Counted from the stretch's first letter, positions 8,706 through 20,844 are shown. The stretch: DNA of 64,000 nucleotides from Candidatus Anaeroferrophillacea bacterium (GCA_016933675.1 JAFGAM010000001.1:21181-85180); one strand, 5' to 3'. Notes: a model not told the origin generated them from the sequence alone. A program made the numbers and translations.

Positions 8706-9892
8706 TTACGAAGCCATCCGGCGGGTACCGGTGTACAGCTCGTAGCGGCACAGCCGACACTCCAGCGGGCCGTTGAACAGGGTCAGGCGGCGGCTCGCCT
8801 TCAATCCCACCTGTTTCAGCAATTCGAGGTCGCCACCGAGTACCCAGGAGACATACCCGGCACCCTCGCGCTTGAAAAAATCCCCCAGCCGGGTATAGGT
8901 TTCCCCCAACTCATCCCGCCGTCCCAGTCGCTCGCCGTAGGGCGGATTGACCAGCATCACCCCGCCTCCCGGCGGCACCGGGGTAGCGTCCAGCTCGGCC
9001 ACATGGAACTCGATCAGTTCCTCCACCCCCGCCCGGCGGGCATTCTCCCGCGCCCGCGCCACCGCTTTCGGATCGATATCGGCGGCCACGATCCGCCCCC
9101 CAGGGTTCTGACGCCCCGCGGCCGCCGCCTCCTGCCGCAGGCGCGGCCAGCCGCCGCGGGGAAACCCCTTCAGCGTTTGGAAGGCAAAGTGGGCGCGTTT
9201 CATGCCCGGCGCCCGATTGGCGGCGATCAGCGCCGCTTCGATGGCCAAAGTACCGCTGCCGCACATCGGGTTGACCAGCGGCACCCTCCCGTCCCAACCG
9301 CTCAGGCGGACGATGGCCGCCGCCAGGGTCTCCTGCAACGGCGCTTTCCCCCCCGCCAGGCGATAGCCACGGCGGGCGAGAGATTCGCCCGAGGTATCGA
9401 GGTAAACGGCACAGCGGCGCCGGTCCCAGTGGACGAACACCACCGCCCCGCGGCGTTCCGGCCCGGAATCGGGCCGTTGATCGAAGCGCCGGCGGAAGCG
9501 GTCGACGATGGCGTCCTTGGTCTTCTGGTTGAGGAAACGGGTGTCGCGAATGCCGGGGACATCGGCACGGGAGAAGACACTGAGGTAGCCGTCAACAGGA
9601 ATCCATTCCTCCCAGCCCAGCTCCGTCACCCGCCGGTACAGCTCATCCGGTGACGCGGCCGGGAAACTGTCCAACAGCAGCAGCACCCGGTTGGCGAGGC
9701 GCGCATGGAGATTGAGAAACATGACGTCCCGCAGGGTGCCTTCCAGTTCGACCCCCAGCGGCTGAACCGCGGTGACGATAAAACCGCAGGCGCGGATCTC
9801 CTCCGCCAGCACCTCGGCCACTCCCCGGGCACAGGAGAGATGCAGTCGGTACCGCCGTCCCCCGGCGCGGTCAGGCATCCCGGACGCACCCA

Positions 9893-9893
<1 letters not shown>
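8706..9893 (-). CDS. THUMP-domain class I SAM-dependent RNA methyltransferase (RlmL/YpsC-like)
   Basis: It has PMCGSGT and NPPYGERL motifs. Its start overlaps the argB stop (TGATG). Confidence 0.8.
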
Positions 9894-10831
<938 letters not shown>

Positions 10832-10982
10832 TCATGCGGCCCGCATGTGCCGCACGCGGAGAAACGCTGCAGGCTGAGTCACCGGGGCGTACTTCCATGT
10901 CCGGCTTCCCCGGAGCGCCATGCGTATCCGGGGGGGGGCACAGCGCGCCGGGCCCCCGCATCGCATCTCCCGCCGACGTCGT

Positions 10983-11008
10983 CCGGCAGTTGTTACGGTT
11001 CCATCATC
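10983..11008 (+). repeat. Intergenic repeat family member, 3' box (CCGGCAGTTGTTACGGTTCCATCATC)
   Basis: It lies between the hslU stop and the argB start, antisense to both. Confidence 0.8.
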
Positions 11009-11032
11009 GTTGATGCATCTGTCAGGCACCCA

Positions 11033-12502
11033 TCACAGGATGTAACGGCTCAAATCCTCGTCATCAACCACCTCGTCGAGCTTGCGCCGCACCTCGTCGG
11101 CATCCACCGTCACGGTGACGCCGCGCATCTCCGACGCATTGAACGACACCTCGTCCAGCAACCGTTCGAGGATCGTGTGCAACCGGCGGGCACCGATATC
11201 CTCCTGGCTCTCGTTGACCTGGCAGGCGATGGCGGCGATCTCGCGGACGGCGTCTTCGGTCAGCACCAACGCCACGTCCTCGGTCTTCATCAGCTCGGTA
11301 TACTGAGTCACCAGGGCGTTGCGCGGCTCGGTGAGAATGCGGACGAAATCATCCTCCTCCAGGGAGTCGAGTTCCACCCGGATGGGAAAGCGCCCCTGGA
11401 GCTCCGGAATCAGGTCGGAGGGCCGGCTGCCGTGGAAGGCGCCGGCGGCGATGAAGAGAACATGATCGGTCTTGACGATGCCGTACTTGGTGGTTACCGA
11501 CGAGCCCTCGACGATGGGCAGCAGGTCACGCTGCACCCCCTCGCGGGAGACATCCGGCCCACCGCCCCCGCCATCGCGCGCCACCACCTTGTCGATTTCG
11601 TCGAGAAAGACGATACCATTCTGCTCCACCCGGCACCGGGCCTCGCCCACCACCTTGTCCATATCGACCATGCGCTGGGCTTCCTGGTCGGTGAGCAGCT
11701 TGAAGGCTTCGGGCACCTTGATCTTCTTCTTGCGGGTGCGCTGGGGCATCAGGTTCTCGAACATATCACGAAGGTTGATGTCCATCTCCTCCATGCCGGC
11801 GGCGGAGAAAATCTCCACCACCGGGGTGGAGCGTTCGGCGATCTCCACCTCCACAAGGCGGTCGTCGAGACGGCCGTCACGGAACAGCCGGCGAAGCTTT
11901 TCCCGGGTTTCACGGGCACGGGAGTCCCCCCCGGGAGACACGGCCCCGGCGATCCGTCCCACGGGCACCCCCGCCCCGGGCGTCGCGGGTCCGTACAGCG
12001 GGATCGCGCCGGAAACGGCCGCCTCCGGCGCGGGCGAACCGCCTGCCGATTCCCGCCCGGGTTGTTCCGGTGCGGGCGCCGCCGGGCCCGGCGGCAGCAG
12101 CAGATCCAGCAGGCGCTCCTCGGCCGCCACCCGCGCCTTCTCCTGTACCGCCACGGTCTCCTCGGCCTTGACCATGGTTACCGCCAGCTCCGTCAGGTCG
12201 CGGATCATGGACTCGACATCGCGGCCGACATACCCCACCTCGGTGAACTTCGACGCCTCCACCTTGATGAAGGGGGAACGCGCCAGTTTGGCCAGCCGGC
12301 GGGCGATCTCGGTCTTGCCGACCCCGGTGGGGCCGATCATGATGATGTTCTTCGGGGCGATCTCATCCCGCAATTCGTCCGGCACCTGCTGGCGGCGCCA
12401 GCGGTTGCGGAGCGCAATGGCCACCGCCCGTTTGGCATCGTGCTGGCCGACGACGTATTTGTCCAGCTCGGTAACGATCTCACGCGGCGTCAAAGTCGAC
12501 AT
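11033..12502 (-). CDS. hslU: ATP-dependent protease ATPase subunit HslU
   Basis: It has Walker [16 protein letters not shown] and a conserved N-terminus [18 protein letters not shown] Pro/Gly/Ala-rich linker sits in the I-domain. Confidence 0.95.
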   Translation of the reverse strand: MSTLTPREIVTELDKYVVGQHDAKRAVAIALRNRWRRQQVPDELRDEIAPKNIIMIGPTGVGKTEIARRLAKLARSPFIKVEASKFTEVGYVGRDVESMIRDLTELAVTMVKAEETVAVQEKARVAAEERLLDLLLPPGPAAPAPEQPGRESAGGSPAPEAAVSGAIPLYGPATPGAGVPVGRIAGAVSPGGDSRARETREKLRRLFRDGRLDDRLVEVEIAERSTPVVEIFSAAGMEEMDINLRDMFENLMPQRTRKKKIKVPEAFKLLTDQEAQRMVDMDKVVGEARCRVEQNGIVFLDEIDKVVARDGGGGGPDVSREGVQRDLLPIVEGSSVTTKYGIVKTDHVLFIAAGAFHGSRPSDLIPELQGRFPIRVELDSLEEDDFVRILTEPRNALVTQYTELMKTEDVALVLTEDAVREIAAIACQVNESQEDIGARRLHTILERLLDEVSFNASEMRGVTVTVDADEVRRKLDEVVDDEDLSRYIL

Positions 12503-13063
12503 TCAGCGCTCCTCCTCGGGATTCTCCGGCTCCGGACTCAACGTTTCAACGGTGAACCGGTCATTGGTATAGATACATATTTTCGACGTAATTTCCAGTG
12601 CTTCACGAACAATTTCGGTCGCCGGCAGGGAGGTGTGGCGCACCAGGGCGCGGGCGGCGGCCTCGGCGTAAGGCGCGCCGGAACCGATAGCCACCACCTG
12701 GTCGTCGGGCTCGATGACGTCGCCGTTACCCGAGAGCACGAAGATGTGCTCCCCATTGCCGACGATGAGCAACGCTTCGAGGCGGCGCAGCATCTTGTCC
12801 ATGCGCCAGTCCTTGGCCATCTCCACCGCCGCCCGGGTGAGGTTGCCGTGGTACATGGTCAGCTTCTCCTCAAAACGCTCGAAAAGGGTGAAGGCGTCCG
12901 CGGTGGAGCCGGCAAACCCCGCCAGCACCTGGTTGTCGTAGAGCCAGCGGACCTTGCGGGCACCGTGTTTCATCACCGTATCACCCATGGTGACCTGGCC
13001 GTCGCCGCCGACCGCCAGCTCGTCCCCCGTCTGGACCGCGAGGATAGTCGTTCCCCTGAACAT
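12503..13063 (-). CDS. hslV: ATP-dependent protease subunit HslV
   Basis: It has the N-terminal catalytic Thr context [10 protein letters not shown] and [10 protein letters not shown]. Confidence 0.95.
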   Translation of the reverse strand: MFRGTTILAVQTGDELAVGGDGQVTMGDTVMKHGARKVRWLYDNQVLAGFAGSTADAFTLFERFEEKLTMYHGNLTRAAVEMAKDWRMDKMLRRLEALLIVGNGEHIFVLSGNGDVIEPDDQVVAIGSGAPYAEAAARALVRHTSLPATEIVREALEITSKICIYTNDRFTVETLSPEPENPEEER

Positions 13064-13211
13064 ATTCCCATCTCCTTATCTGCCGCGGCGGCACCGCCGC
13101 GCCATCTTCATCATTGCCCGCCGGGGTGTGCCGAGGCCGGCGTTTCGGACTACGGTAACACGTGTTCTTCATCGGTGCCCGCCGGATCGTGCCTCACCCC
13201 CCCGGCGGAGA

Positions 13212-14207
13212 TCAATCTTCCTCAGTATCCGGCGGCGTGCTGCCGCCGCCGTCCCGTCGCGCCAGGGGGTGACTGCGATCGTATACCTCCAGGACACGCC
13301 CGAGATCCAGATGGGTGTAACGCTGGGTGGTGGACAGGCTGCTGTGTCCCAGCAGCTCCTGGATGCTGCGCAGGTCGGCACCGCTTTGCAGCAGATGAGT
13401 GGCGAAGGAATGCCGCATGGCGTGGGGGCCAAAAACCTTGTGCAATCCGGCGCGGGCGGCATGGCAATGCAACCGCCGGGACATGGACCGGGCGGTCAGC
13501 CGGCCGCCGCGGCGGTTGAGAAACAACGGCCGGTCGGCGGCCGGCATCCCGTCGGCACCGCCGGCATCGGCACGACGTTCCAGATAATCCCGCAGACAGC
13601 GACCGGCGGCGGTGCCCAGGGGCACCACCCGCTCTTTCTCTCCCTTGCCCGTCACCCGCATGATGCCGGCGAGAAAATCCACATCACCAACACTGAGGGC
13701 GGCGATCTCGGCAATCCGGGCGCCCGAGGCATAAAGCAGCTCCAGCAGCGCCCGGTCGCGACGCCCCGCGGGACCATCAAAGGTTGCCGCATCCAGCAGC
13801 GCAGTCATCTCGTCCACCTCCAGGTGGACCGGCAACCGCCCCGGGCTCCGCGGTGCCGTCAGCAAATCGGCCGGGTTATCGGCACGCCACCGGCGCCGCT
13901 GCAGAAACCGGTAAAGCGATTTGATCGTCGCCAGCCGGCGGCTCACCGTGGTCCGGCCGACACGACCCATCTCGGCCCGCAGAAAACGCCGTAGATGCAC
14001 CGCCCCGGCGACCATCAGACCCTGATCAGCCGCCGCCGGCAGGCCGCAGGTATCGACGAGAAAACCGCAGAAGATCCGCAAATCGGTGGCATAGGCACGG
14101 ACGGTAAGCTTCGAACAGTGGCGCTCGTCGGCAAGATAGCGGAGAAATGCCGCCCGGGGCGACGCCGTCCGGGCGGCGTTTTCCGCCGGCAGGCATTCAT
14201 CGATCAT
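13212..14207 (-). CDS. xerC: Tyrosine recombinase XerC/XerD family
   Basis: It has HAMRHSFATHLL and LLGHSSLSTTQRYTH catalytic motifs. The xerC-hslV-hslU order is classic. The start was chosen at MIDECLP. Confidence 0.85.
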   Translation of the reverse strand: MIDECLPAENAARTASPRAAFLRYLADERHCSKLTVRAYATDLRIFCGFLVDTCGLPAAADQGLMVAGAVHLRRFLRAEMGRVGRTTVSRRLATIKSLYRFLQRRRWRADNPADLLTAPRSPGRLPVHLEVDEMTALLDAATFDGPAGRRDRALLELLYASGARIAEIAALSVGDVDFLAGIMRVTGKGEKERVVPLGTAAGRCLRDYLERRADAGGADGMPAADRPLFLNRRGGRLTARSMSRRLHCHAARAGLHKVFGPHAMRHSFATHLLQSGADLRSIQELLGHSSLSTTQRYTHLDLGRVLEVYDRSHPLARRDGGGSTPPDTEED

Positions 14208-14578
14208 GACATCACCCCGGATTCCATCGTCATGTGACTGCGAACACCATCGACCGCCATGGGCCCCGTTCCACTCCCGGCGGCGGATTTCACCACCACC
14301 ATCCCGTGATCTTTCCGACCGCCGGAACAACCTCCCGACCGCGGCATAGACAATGGCAAAGACAGCACCGCCGCCATTATGTAGTCAATCGCCCCGGTTT
14401 AATCAACCGTATTCGTGCCGGCAGCGGCACCCTGACATGTTATTCGCCGCGTTCAACCCGGGTCAGAACGACGGCCGAGACAACCCCGCCGTTCCCCGGA
14501 CCGGCAAGACCGGAGCAGCCGGGACGGTTACAACGCCATCCCTTTTCGGCAGGTTGCGGTTTCGTCATGCCTGACAGC

Positions 14579-14607
14579 TTGACTATTGCCGGTCTATGGG
14601 CTAGAAG
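14579..14607 (+). promoter_or_regulatory. Predicted promoter of the TonB-like gene (-35 TTGACT, 17-nt spacer, -10 TAGAAG)
   Basis: It has a good -35 and correct spacing. Its -10 context is GGGCTAGAAG. Confidence 0.5.
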
Positions 14608-14688
14608 GAGGCTGTCGTAACCACCAGGCAGTCATGGCCCGCTCGCCCCCTTCTCACCCCGCAGCCTCATCCTGACGGTTTACCGGTC

Positions 14689-15684
14689 TTGACGGAAAAA
14701 CGTACCGCCATCATTATCTTTCTGCTGCTGTCTCTGCTGCTGCATCTGCTCTTCTTCTTCCATTATCGCGACTGGAAGTTCGACCTCCGGCCGCTGATCG
14801 CAGGAAAGGAAAAACCGGCGGCAGCGGAAAAGGAGGAGATCCCGGTACGGATCATCGAACTGCCGCCGCGGGAAAAGGAGCCGGAAGCACCGCAGGTCAA
14901 ACCGGACAAACCGAGTTTCCTGGCCGACCGCGACCGGCGTACCGAAAAAGAAACCCGGCTGCCGGACGAACCGGTACCGCCGGCGCCAACCGTTGCCCCG
15001 ACGCCGCCGCCATCGCGCCCAAAACCGCCGCCGCCCAAACCGGCACCCGCACCACAACCGGCAAAACCGGCTCCGGAACCGGAACCGGCCCCGGAGCTGG
15101 CGGAAGAGGCCCCGCCGGCACCGGCCATGGGCGAAACACCGATCCCCAGGGCGCGGGAAAAAACCCGGCAACCACGGACATCAGCCGCGGAAACCGAACG
15201 CCGCCCGGAGGCCGAGCCCGACAAAAAACCGGCTGAACCGACGGTACCACCGGCACCGAAGCTCTTCCCCAGCTACGAGGAGCTTACCCGGGTCGCCCAG
15301 GAATCCGCCCGCCGGCGTCCCCCGGTGCCGCCGCGGGATATCGAGGAAGGCCGCGATATCGAGCTGAACACCGAGCAGTTCGCCTTCTACTCATATTACA
15401 TGCAGGTCAAGCGGAAAATCGAACTGGTCTGGGAATACCCGGCCCTGGCCCGTGAGAGCGGCTACCAGGGGCAACTGGGGATGCGGTTCGTCATCAACCG
15501 GGATGGCAGTCTTGCGGATGCAAAGGTAATGCAGTCTTCGGGAATGGCGATCCTCGATCAGGAAGCCCTGCGGGCGCTACGGGACGCGGCACCGTTTCCA
15601 CCGCTGCCGACCCGCATGGAGGTGGAACAGCTGGTGATCGATGCCACCTTCGTCTACCGGCTGTTCGGCAAGCGGATCCGCTGA
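14689..15684 (+). CDS. TonB-family energy transducer-like protein
   Basis: It has an N-terminal TM helix, a long Pro/Glu/Lys-rich spacer, and a TonB C-terminal domain (YPALARESGYQGQLGMRFVINRDG). It uses a TTG start. Confidence 0.8.
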   Translation: MTEKRTAIIIFLLLSLLLHLLFFFHYRDWKFDLRPLIAGKEKPAAAEKEEIPVRIIELPPREKEPEAPQVKPDKPSFLADRDRRTEKETRLPDEPVPPAPTVAPTPPPSRPKPPPPKPAPAPQPAKPAPEPEPAPELAEEAPPAPAMGETPIPRAREKTRQPRTSAAETERRPEAEPDKKPAEPTVPPAPKLFPSYEELTRVAQESARRRPPVPPRDIEEGRDIELNTEQFAFYSYYMQVKRKIELVWEYPALARESGYQGQLGMRFVINRDGSLADAKVMQSSGMAILDQEALRALRDAAPFPPLPTRMEVEQLVIDATFVYRLFGKRIR

Positions 15685-15708
15685 ATCCCGACGGCTGAGG
15701 TCCGGCCC

Positions 15709-15975
15709 TCAGGCGGCCGCGGCATCCGCGGCGGTCGTTTTCTCCCCCGCTTCGCTCTTCTGTGCCACCGGCTTTTCGCCCCCCCCGCTCTTGCCGCCGC
15801 GGGCGTAATCGGTTACATACCAGCCCGAACCCTTGAGAATGAAGCTGGTGGAAGATACCTGTTTGGTCACCGAACCGCCGCATTCCGGGCAAACGGTAAC
15901 CGGGTCGTCGGTAATCTTCTGCAGGATGTCAAACCGGTGATCACAGGATTCACAGCAATATTCGTAAATCGGCAT
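15709..15975 (-). CDS. FmdB-family zinc-ribbon protein
   Basis: The sequence [11 protein letters not shown]...CPECGG shows the CxxC-CxxC pattern. Confidence 0.8.
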   Translation of the reverse strand: MPIYEYCCESCDHRFDILQKITDDPVTVCPECGGSVTKQVSSTSFILKGSGWYVTDYARGGKSGGGEKPVAQKSEAGEKTTAADAAAA

Positions 15976-16042
15976 GGTTCACAATCTCCTTTCACATCAA
16001 TCAGTGTCCAGCGCGCCGTTGCCCGGCGCCGGCCGGGGATGG

Positions 16043-16342
16043 TCAGCCGGCTGCCGCCATCAGGCGACGCCGGACGTCATCGAGATCCAGACCGTCCACC
16101 GCCAGCGTCTTACGGCGCGAGGCGTGGCCGGCCACCACTTCCACCCGGGTTTTCGCCACCCCCAGGAGATCGGCGAGAAACCGGCAACAAAGCTTGTTCG
16201 CCGCCCCGTCCACCGGCGGCGCGGTAAGGGCTACCTTGAGCGCTGCTTCATGTTCACCCACCACCCGGTTGGTGGCCGCGCGGGGCTGCACCTGGACGCG
16301 AAAACGCACCCGACCGTCCCGCTCCGCCAGCCACAGCGCCAT
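16043..16342 (-). CDS. DUF167 (YggU) family protein
   Basis: It is 99 aa and contains PPVDGAANKL and the RRKTL motif. It is adjacent to yggT. Confidence 0.75.
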   Translation of the reverse strand: MALWLAERDGRVRFRVQVQPRAATNRVVGEHEAALKVALTAPPVDGAANKLCCRFLADLLGVAKTRVEVVAGHASRRKTLAVDGLDLDDVRRRLMAAAG

Positions 16343-16359
16343 GATCCGGGCCGCACCGA

Positions 16360-16659
16360 CTAGCGGAGGCTGGCGGCCAGATCGAAAAGCGACCGGACCA
16401 CGAACATATCGAGAAAAAAGATCAACAGCAGGACAATCATGGGGGAAAAATCAATCCCCATGCCGCCGACCGGCAACCAGCGGCGCACCCGGAAGAGCAC
16501 CGGCTCGGTCACCCGGTAGAGAAAATTGACGATGGGATTGTAGGGATCGGGGTTGACCCAGGACAGCACCGCCCGGGCAATGATCACCCACATGTAGATG
16601 TTCAGGGCGATCTTGAGCAATTGGGCGACGGCAAAAACGAGATTCGCAAGGTAGATCAT
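16360..16659 (-). CDS. yggT: YggT family membrane protein
   Basis: It is a 99-aa hydrophobic protein with ARAVLSWVNPDPYNPI. Confidence 0.8.
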   Translation of the reverse strand: MIYLANLVFAVAQLLKIALNIYMWVIIARAVLSWVNPDPYNPIVNFLYRVTEPVLFRVRRWLPVGGMGIDFSPMIVLLLIFFLDMFVVRSLFDLAASLR

Positions 16660-16735
16660 GTTATCTTCAGTTCACCATCTTCCGGACGCCGGCCCGGGGG
16701 ATGGCCGAACCGACGACGCCGGAACAGTTGGGCGT

Positions 16736-17593
16736 TCACCCGGCACGCAGGCCGATAACGCCGATCTGGCGGCCCGTTATACCATGATCACGGCGGTAGG
16801 AAAAGAAAAAATCCCCATCGGCGGTACACAGCCCGCAATCGGCAATGTGTTCCACCTGAACCCCCGCACCTTGCGCCTGTCGGCAGATTGCCGCCGGCAG
16901 ATCGAGGTACCCGTATCCCGGCCGCGGCCCGGGCCACCAGATGGTCGCGACGTCGAGGGCCGGGCAGGCGCGCTCGAGCGCCGCCGGCACCTCTTCACCG
17001 ACTTCGAAACAACAACGGCGGATCCCCGGGCCGATGAACATCCGCATTGCCGCCGGTCGCACGCCGGCAAGCACCGCCAGTTTCTCAATGGCCCGCGGCA
17101 CGATGCCCCGCACCACCCCGCGCCAGCCGGCATGCACCGCGCCGACACCGGCATTTTCACCGGCCGCCAGCAGCACCGGAAAACAATCAGCGGTGAGAAT
17201 CCCCAGGCACGGTCCGGGCTCCCGGGTAATCAGCCCGTCGGCTTCCAGGTGCCGCCAGACACCCGGATCGCATCCCCGACGGGATTCAACCGTCATCACC
17301 CGGTCGCCGTGGACCTGGGTTACGGTTATCAACCGGGGCGGACGGCCGGAACCGGCCACTTCCTCCAGCAGCAGCCGCCGGTTTGCGGCCACCGCCCGGT
17401 CGTCGTCACCAACCTGCCAGGCCATGTTGGCGCCCCCGCAGGGCCCGCGGCTGACGCCGCCATGACGGCCGCTAAAAGCCACCAGCAGCGACGCGGCATC
17501 ATCAACGCCAATATAGGGAAGCGCGCGCCGGCGGTCAAGGGTCCAGGGCCGCCGCGGTACAGGGATGGTTTGCGGCCGGCATGATTCAGGCAC
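16736..17593 (-). CDS. pgeF: Peptidoglycan editing factor PgeF (YfiH/DUF152, laccase-like)
   Basis: It has LTADCFPVLL, VHAGWRG and CCFEVG motifs. The start is uncertain and was set at a GTG overlapping the rluD stop. Confidence 0.8.
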   Translation of the reverse strand: MPESCRPQTIPVPRRPWTLDRRRALPYIGVDDAASLLVAFSGRHGGVSRGPCGGANMAWQVGDDDRAVAANRRLLLEEVAGSGRPPRLITVTQVHGDRVMTVESRRGCDPGVWRHLEADGLITREPGPCLGILTADCFPVLLAAGENAGVGAVHAGWRGVVRGIVPRAIEKLAVLAGVRPAAMRMFIGPGIRRCCFEVGEEVPAALERACPALDVATIWWPGPRPGYGYLDLPAAICRQAQGAGVQVEHIADCGLCTADGDFFFSYRRDHGITGRQIGVIGLRAG

Positions 17594-18602
17594 GCGGCAG
17601 TTCCTCGAGGCGGCGGATGAGCTCCAGCATGTCCACCGGCGGGGGCGCGGTGAACACCAGCCGTTCACCGCGCCGCGGATGGATGAACCCCAGGCGCCCG
17701 GCATGCAGCGCCTGACGGGGAAAATCCCGCAGGAAGGCATGTTCAGGCGCCCCCGCCCACTGCCGCTCGATCCCCTTCTTGCCGTACACCTGGTCACCCA
17801 CCAGAGGATGGCCGGCCTCGGTGAAATGGACCCTGATCTGATGCGTACGTCCGGTCTCCAGGGTCACGGCAACCACGGTCACCGGCGGCAGCCGGGATTG
17901 CACCCGGTAGTGGGTTACCGCCCGCCGGCCACCGCGGTCCACCGACGCCATCTTCTTCCGGTCCCGCGGACTGCGACCCAACATTGAGGTAAACGTCCCG
18001 GAATCCGGCCGCACCCGGCCGTAGACCACGGCAAGATACTCACGGTCGATGGCATGGGAGGCGAACTGCACCGTCAGTTCCCGATGGCACAATTCATCCT
18101 TGGCCGCCACCAGCACCCCCGAGGTATTCTGGTCCAGACGATGGACGATGCCGGGCCGCAATTCACCACCGATGCCCCGCAGATCCCGGCAATGATGCAG
18201 CAGGGCGTTCACCAGGGTACCGTCGGGATTCCCGGCCGCGGGATGGACCACCATCCCGGCGGGCTTGTCGATGACGATCAGACCTGAATCCTCGTAGAGG
18301 ATTGTCAGCGGCAGGTTTTCGGGTTGCGGATTTTCCCTCGACACCGGTGGCGGCACGGTTACCGTCACCCGCTCGCCGCCGGCAAGCCGGCTACCGGCCT
18401 TGCGCGGCTCGCCGTCGACCAGCACGAGACCGTCCCGAACGAGCTGCTGCAAACGGTGGCGCGACAACTCCGGCAGGGACCCATGCAGAAAAACATCAAG
18501 GCGCTGGCGCCGGTCATCGGGACAAAAAAAACAGTGGCGGGTTGCACCTGCGGGGGGAGGTATCATTGTCTTTTGAAGTAGTCGCAGATCCCGCCGGGCC
18601 AT
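17586..18602 (-). CDS. rluD: 23S rRNA pseudouridine synthase RluD
   Basis: It has an S4 domain, HRLDQNTSG, and TGRTHQIRVH. Confidence 0.9.
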   Translation of the reverse strand: MARRDLRLLQKTMIPPPAGATRHCFFCPDDRRQRLDVFLHGSLPELSRHRLQQLVRDGLVLVDGEPRKAGSRLAGGERVTVTVPPPVSRENPQPENLPLTILYEDSGLIVIDKPAGMVVHPAAGNPDGTLVNALLHHCRDLRGIGGELRPGIVHRLDQNTSGVLVAAKDELCHRELTVQFASHAIDREYLAVVYGRVRPDSGTFTSMLGRSPRDRKKMASVDRGGRRAVTHYRVQSRLPPVTVVAVTLETGRTHQIRVHFTEAGHPLVGDQVYGKKGIERQWAGAPEHAFLRDFPRQALHAGRLGFIHPRRGERLVFTAPPPVDMLELIRRLEELPRA

Positions 18603-18618
18603 TCCGTTTCGGCGCAGT

Positions 18619-18643
18619 CCGGCGGTGGTTACGATTCCGTCAG
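18619..18643 (+). repeat. Intergenic repeat family member, 3' box variant (CCGGCGGTGGTTACGATTCCGTCAG)
   Basis: It lies between the rluD start and the TPR gene stop. Confidence 0.65.
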
Positions 18644-19389
18644 TCCTTGTTTTTCATCCGGTTCCGGATGTAGTGCTCCAGTTTCCGGGCCTCAGGAAAT
18701 TCCCCTTTTATTTCCATCGCCTGCTGCAGGGCCGCCAGAGCCTCGACGTGCAGTTCCTTGCCCACCAGCGCCCGGGCCAGGTTGAAATAGAGTACCGGAT
18801 CCCGTTGACTGATCTCCAGTGCCTTGCGGTAGTTGGCGATGGCCTCATCGTACATCTTCTGCTGGCGCAGATCAATGCCGAACTCATTGAAGACATGCTT
18901 GTTCTCTTCCTCGAACAGGGCCTCGATGGAAGTCAGCCGGCGAAATATTTCTTTCGCCTCCTCGACCTCACCGAGGGCGAGCTTGAGTTTACCCATACCG
19001 TAATTCGCCCGGACATTCTCCTCGTCCAGCCTCAGAGCCTGACCGAACTCGAATTCAGCACTGTTAAACTCCTTGCGCTTCATGTGCAGGTTGCCCCGCG
19101 AGGCCATCCGGTCGGCCCGTTGCCGGGCTTCCTGCTGCTCTTGCAACCGGCGCTGCGGCGGCGGGACGTACTCCGGGCACGGCTGGCACCGCTGGTGAAA
19201 CTCCTCGACGGGGATGATCTCCTTGATATTCGTCGGTTCACCGTTCATGTTCAGCAGCGAAATCTCGACCTGCCGGTCGGCCAGTTCGCGGGCAAGAAAG
19301 ATATTTTCACCCCGGCTTTTCCGGCTCGTCGCCCCGGTTCCCAGCGTAATGCTGACATGTTCGACGTAATACCCGGTTATCTTCCCCAT
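18640..19389 (-). CDS. TPR-repeat protein with an unassigned N-terminal domain
   Basis: The C-terminal half has TPR-like repeats (AIANYRKALEI, LARALVGKELHVEALAALQQAMEI). No signal peptide is visible. Confidence 0.6.
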   Translation of the reverse strand: MGKITGYYVEHVSITLGTGATSRKSRGENIFLARELADRQVEISLLNMNGEPTNIKEIIPVEEFHQRCQPCPEYVPPPQRRLQEQQEARQRADRMASRGNLHMKRKEFNSAEFEFGQALRLDEENVRANYGMGKLKLALGEVEEAKEIFRRLTSIEALFEEENKHVFNEFGIDLRQQKMYDEAIANYRKALEISQRDPVLYFNLARALVGKELHVEALAALQQAMEIKGEFPEARKLEHYIRNRMKNKD

Positions 19390-19731
19390 ACCTGCCCCCG
19401 CATTGATGACTGATGCCCCTGACGAGCGGGCCCATCCGGTACCTCTGTTATCGGAAATTCAACGTGTTTTTTAACCCCATCTCCACCTTTTCGTGCCGCG
19501 GCGCCGATTTTTCCGCTAACCGCAGTATTCCAGGGTATGCCCGAACGCACCGCAACAACTTCGTCAGCGGCGAGACAGTCAGGATGTGCGCATTCTCCAT
19601 CCCGACGGACCACGGCGCCACCACCCGCTTTTCACCGCCGCTCGGCAAGCGTTAACTTATCATTATTCACTAATATTTTATACACCTTGACGCCCTTACC
19701 CGGCGGTGATAGGAGTCACATTCCGGACGCT

Positions 19732-19760
19732 GGAGCGGTTACGAAGCCGGCATTTTTTGC
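19732..19760 (+). repeat. Intergenic repeat family member (GGAGCGGTTACGAAGCCGGCATTTTTTGC)
   Basis: It nearly matches 28050..28077. It ends 15 nt upstream of the ATG at 19775. Confidence 0.65.
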
Positions 19761-19774
19761 AGCGGACAAAACCC

Positions 19775-20844
19775 ATGACCAAATCACCTTCCCCCTCCCT
19801 CCCGGAGCAGTTGGCGGCCACCCTGGGCCTTCTCAGTCGCGGTCTGTTTCACGATCCGCCCCCGGTGCCGGCCGATGATTCGCCGCTGCATGAGCTCTGC
19901 CGCCAGGTGACCAGGCTGCAGGATCGACTGCGGCCGCTGGCCGCGGCCCTCGAAGCGCTGGCGCTGCAGCGGCCCGACCCGGAGATCGAACCCCACACCC
20001 TTTTCGCCCCGGAGCTGCTGGCCATCCAGCAACAAATCGAACATCCCGCACAACATCCGGCACCCCCGTTACGTACCGTCGGAGCGCCCGCCGCCCAGGC
20101 GATCAGCCCCACCCATCCGCTGCATGCCGTCTTTGAACACGCACCCTACGGCATTCTCGATCTGCTGCGGGACGGCACCATCACCTACGGCAACAACCTG
20201 GCGCGATTTCTCCTGTGCTCGAACAAGGGGCAGACACTCGAAAACCGCAATCTTTTCGAGCTGCTCGAGGAGCAGCAGGCCGGGGCGGATAATCTGCGCC
20301 GGAAATCACCACCAGCCAGCTGCCGGCCACTGTAAGAATGAAACTCACTCTGGCTGATTCCCGGGGTGAAAACGTCTCGCTTTCTCTCACCCTGATTCCC
20401 TACCATGTCGCGCCCGTCAACGAACGCCGCACGGCAATCTTCATCGAGGATCTCACCGGCAAGGCGGCGCTGGCCGATGCGGTACAACATTATACCCAGG
20501 AACTCGAGGCCCTGGTACACAACAAGACCCGCGAATTGAAAACCATGCAGGCCAAGCTGATCATGGCCGAACAGTTTGCGGCAATGGTGAAAACCGCCGG
20601 CGGCGTTGCTCATGAACTCCGCCAGCCTCTGACCACCCTGATGGGCACCATCGAACTGCTTCTGGAAGAGACCCGGTCCCAACCACTTGCAAGCCGGCTG
20701 GAAATCATCATGGCCCAGGCCGAGCGCATGGCGGATATCATCCGCAAAATGGAATCCCTGGTGGAATTCAGAACCCGCAATTACATCGGCGACACCGAAA
20801 TCCTCGATCTCGACCTGGCTGCCGACCACCCCTCCGACAGTTGA
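19775..20844 (+). pseudogene. Frameshifted or split PAS-HisKA sensor lacking a HATPase domain (ORFs 19775..20335 and 20338..20844)
   Basis: The PAS domain starts in ORF1 (HAVFEHAPYGILDLLRDGTITYGNN) and continues in ORF2 in another frame (KLTLADSRGENVSLSLTLIPY). Both frames are open over 20293..20335. The H-box AHELRQPLTTL is present and the protein ends about 70 aa later. Confidence 0.55.

Noticed and set aside
11915-12097. A Pro/Gly/Ala-rich stretch of about 60 aa inside HslU
   Set aside because: It lies in the I-domain linker, which is naturally variable in length and composition. The frame and flanking motifs are intact.
13157-13166. A perfect palindrome AACACGTGTT, parS-like at first glance
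   Set aside because: It does not match the parS consensus TGTTNCACGTGAAACA outside the CACGTG core. It is a single 10-bp palindrome in an intergenic gap, so chance is plausible.
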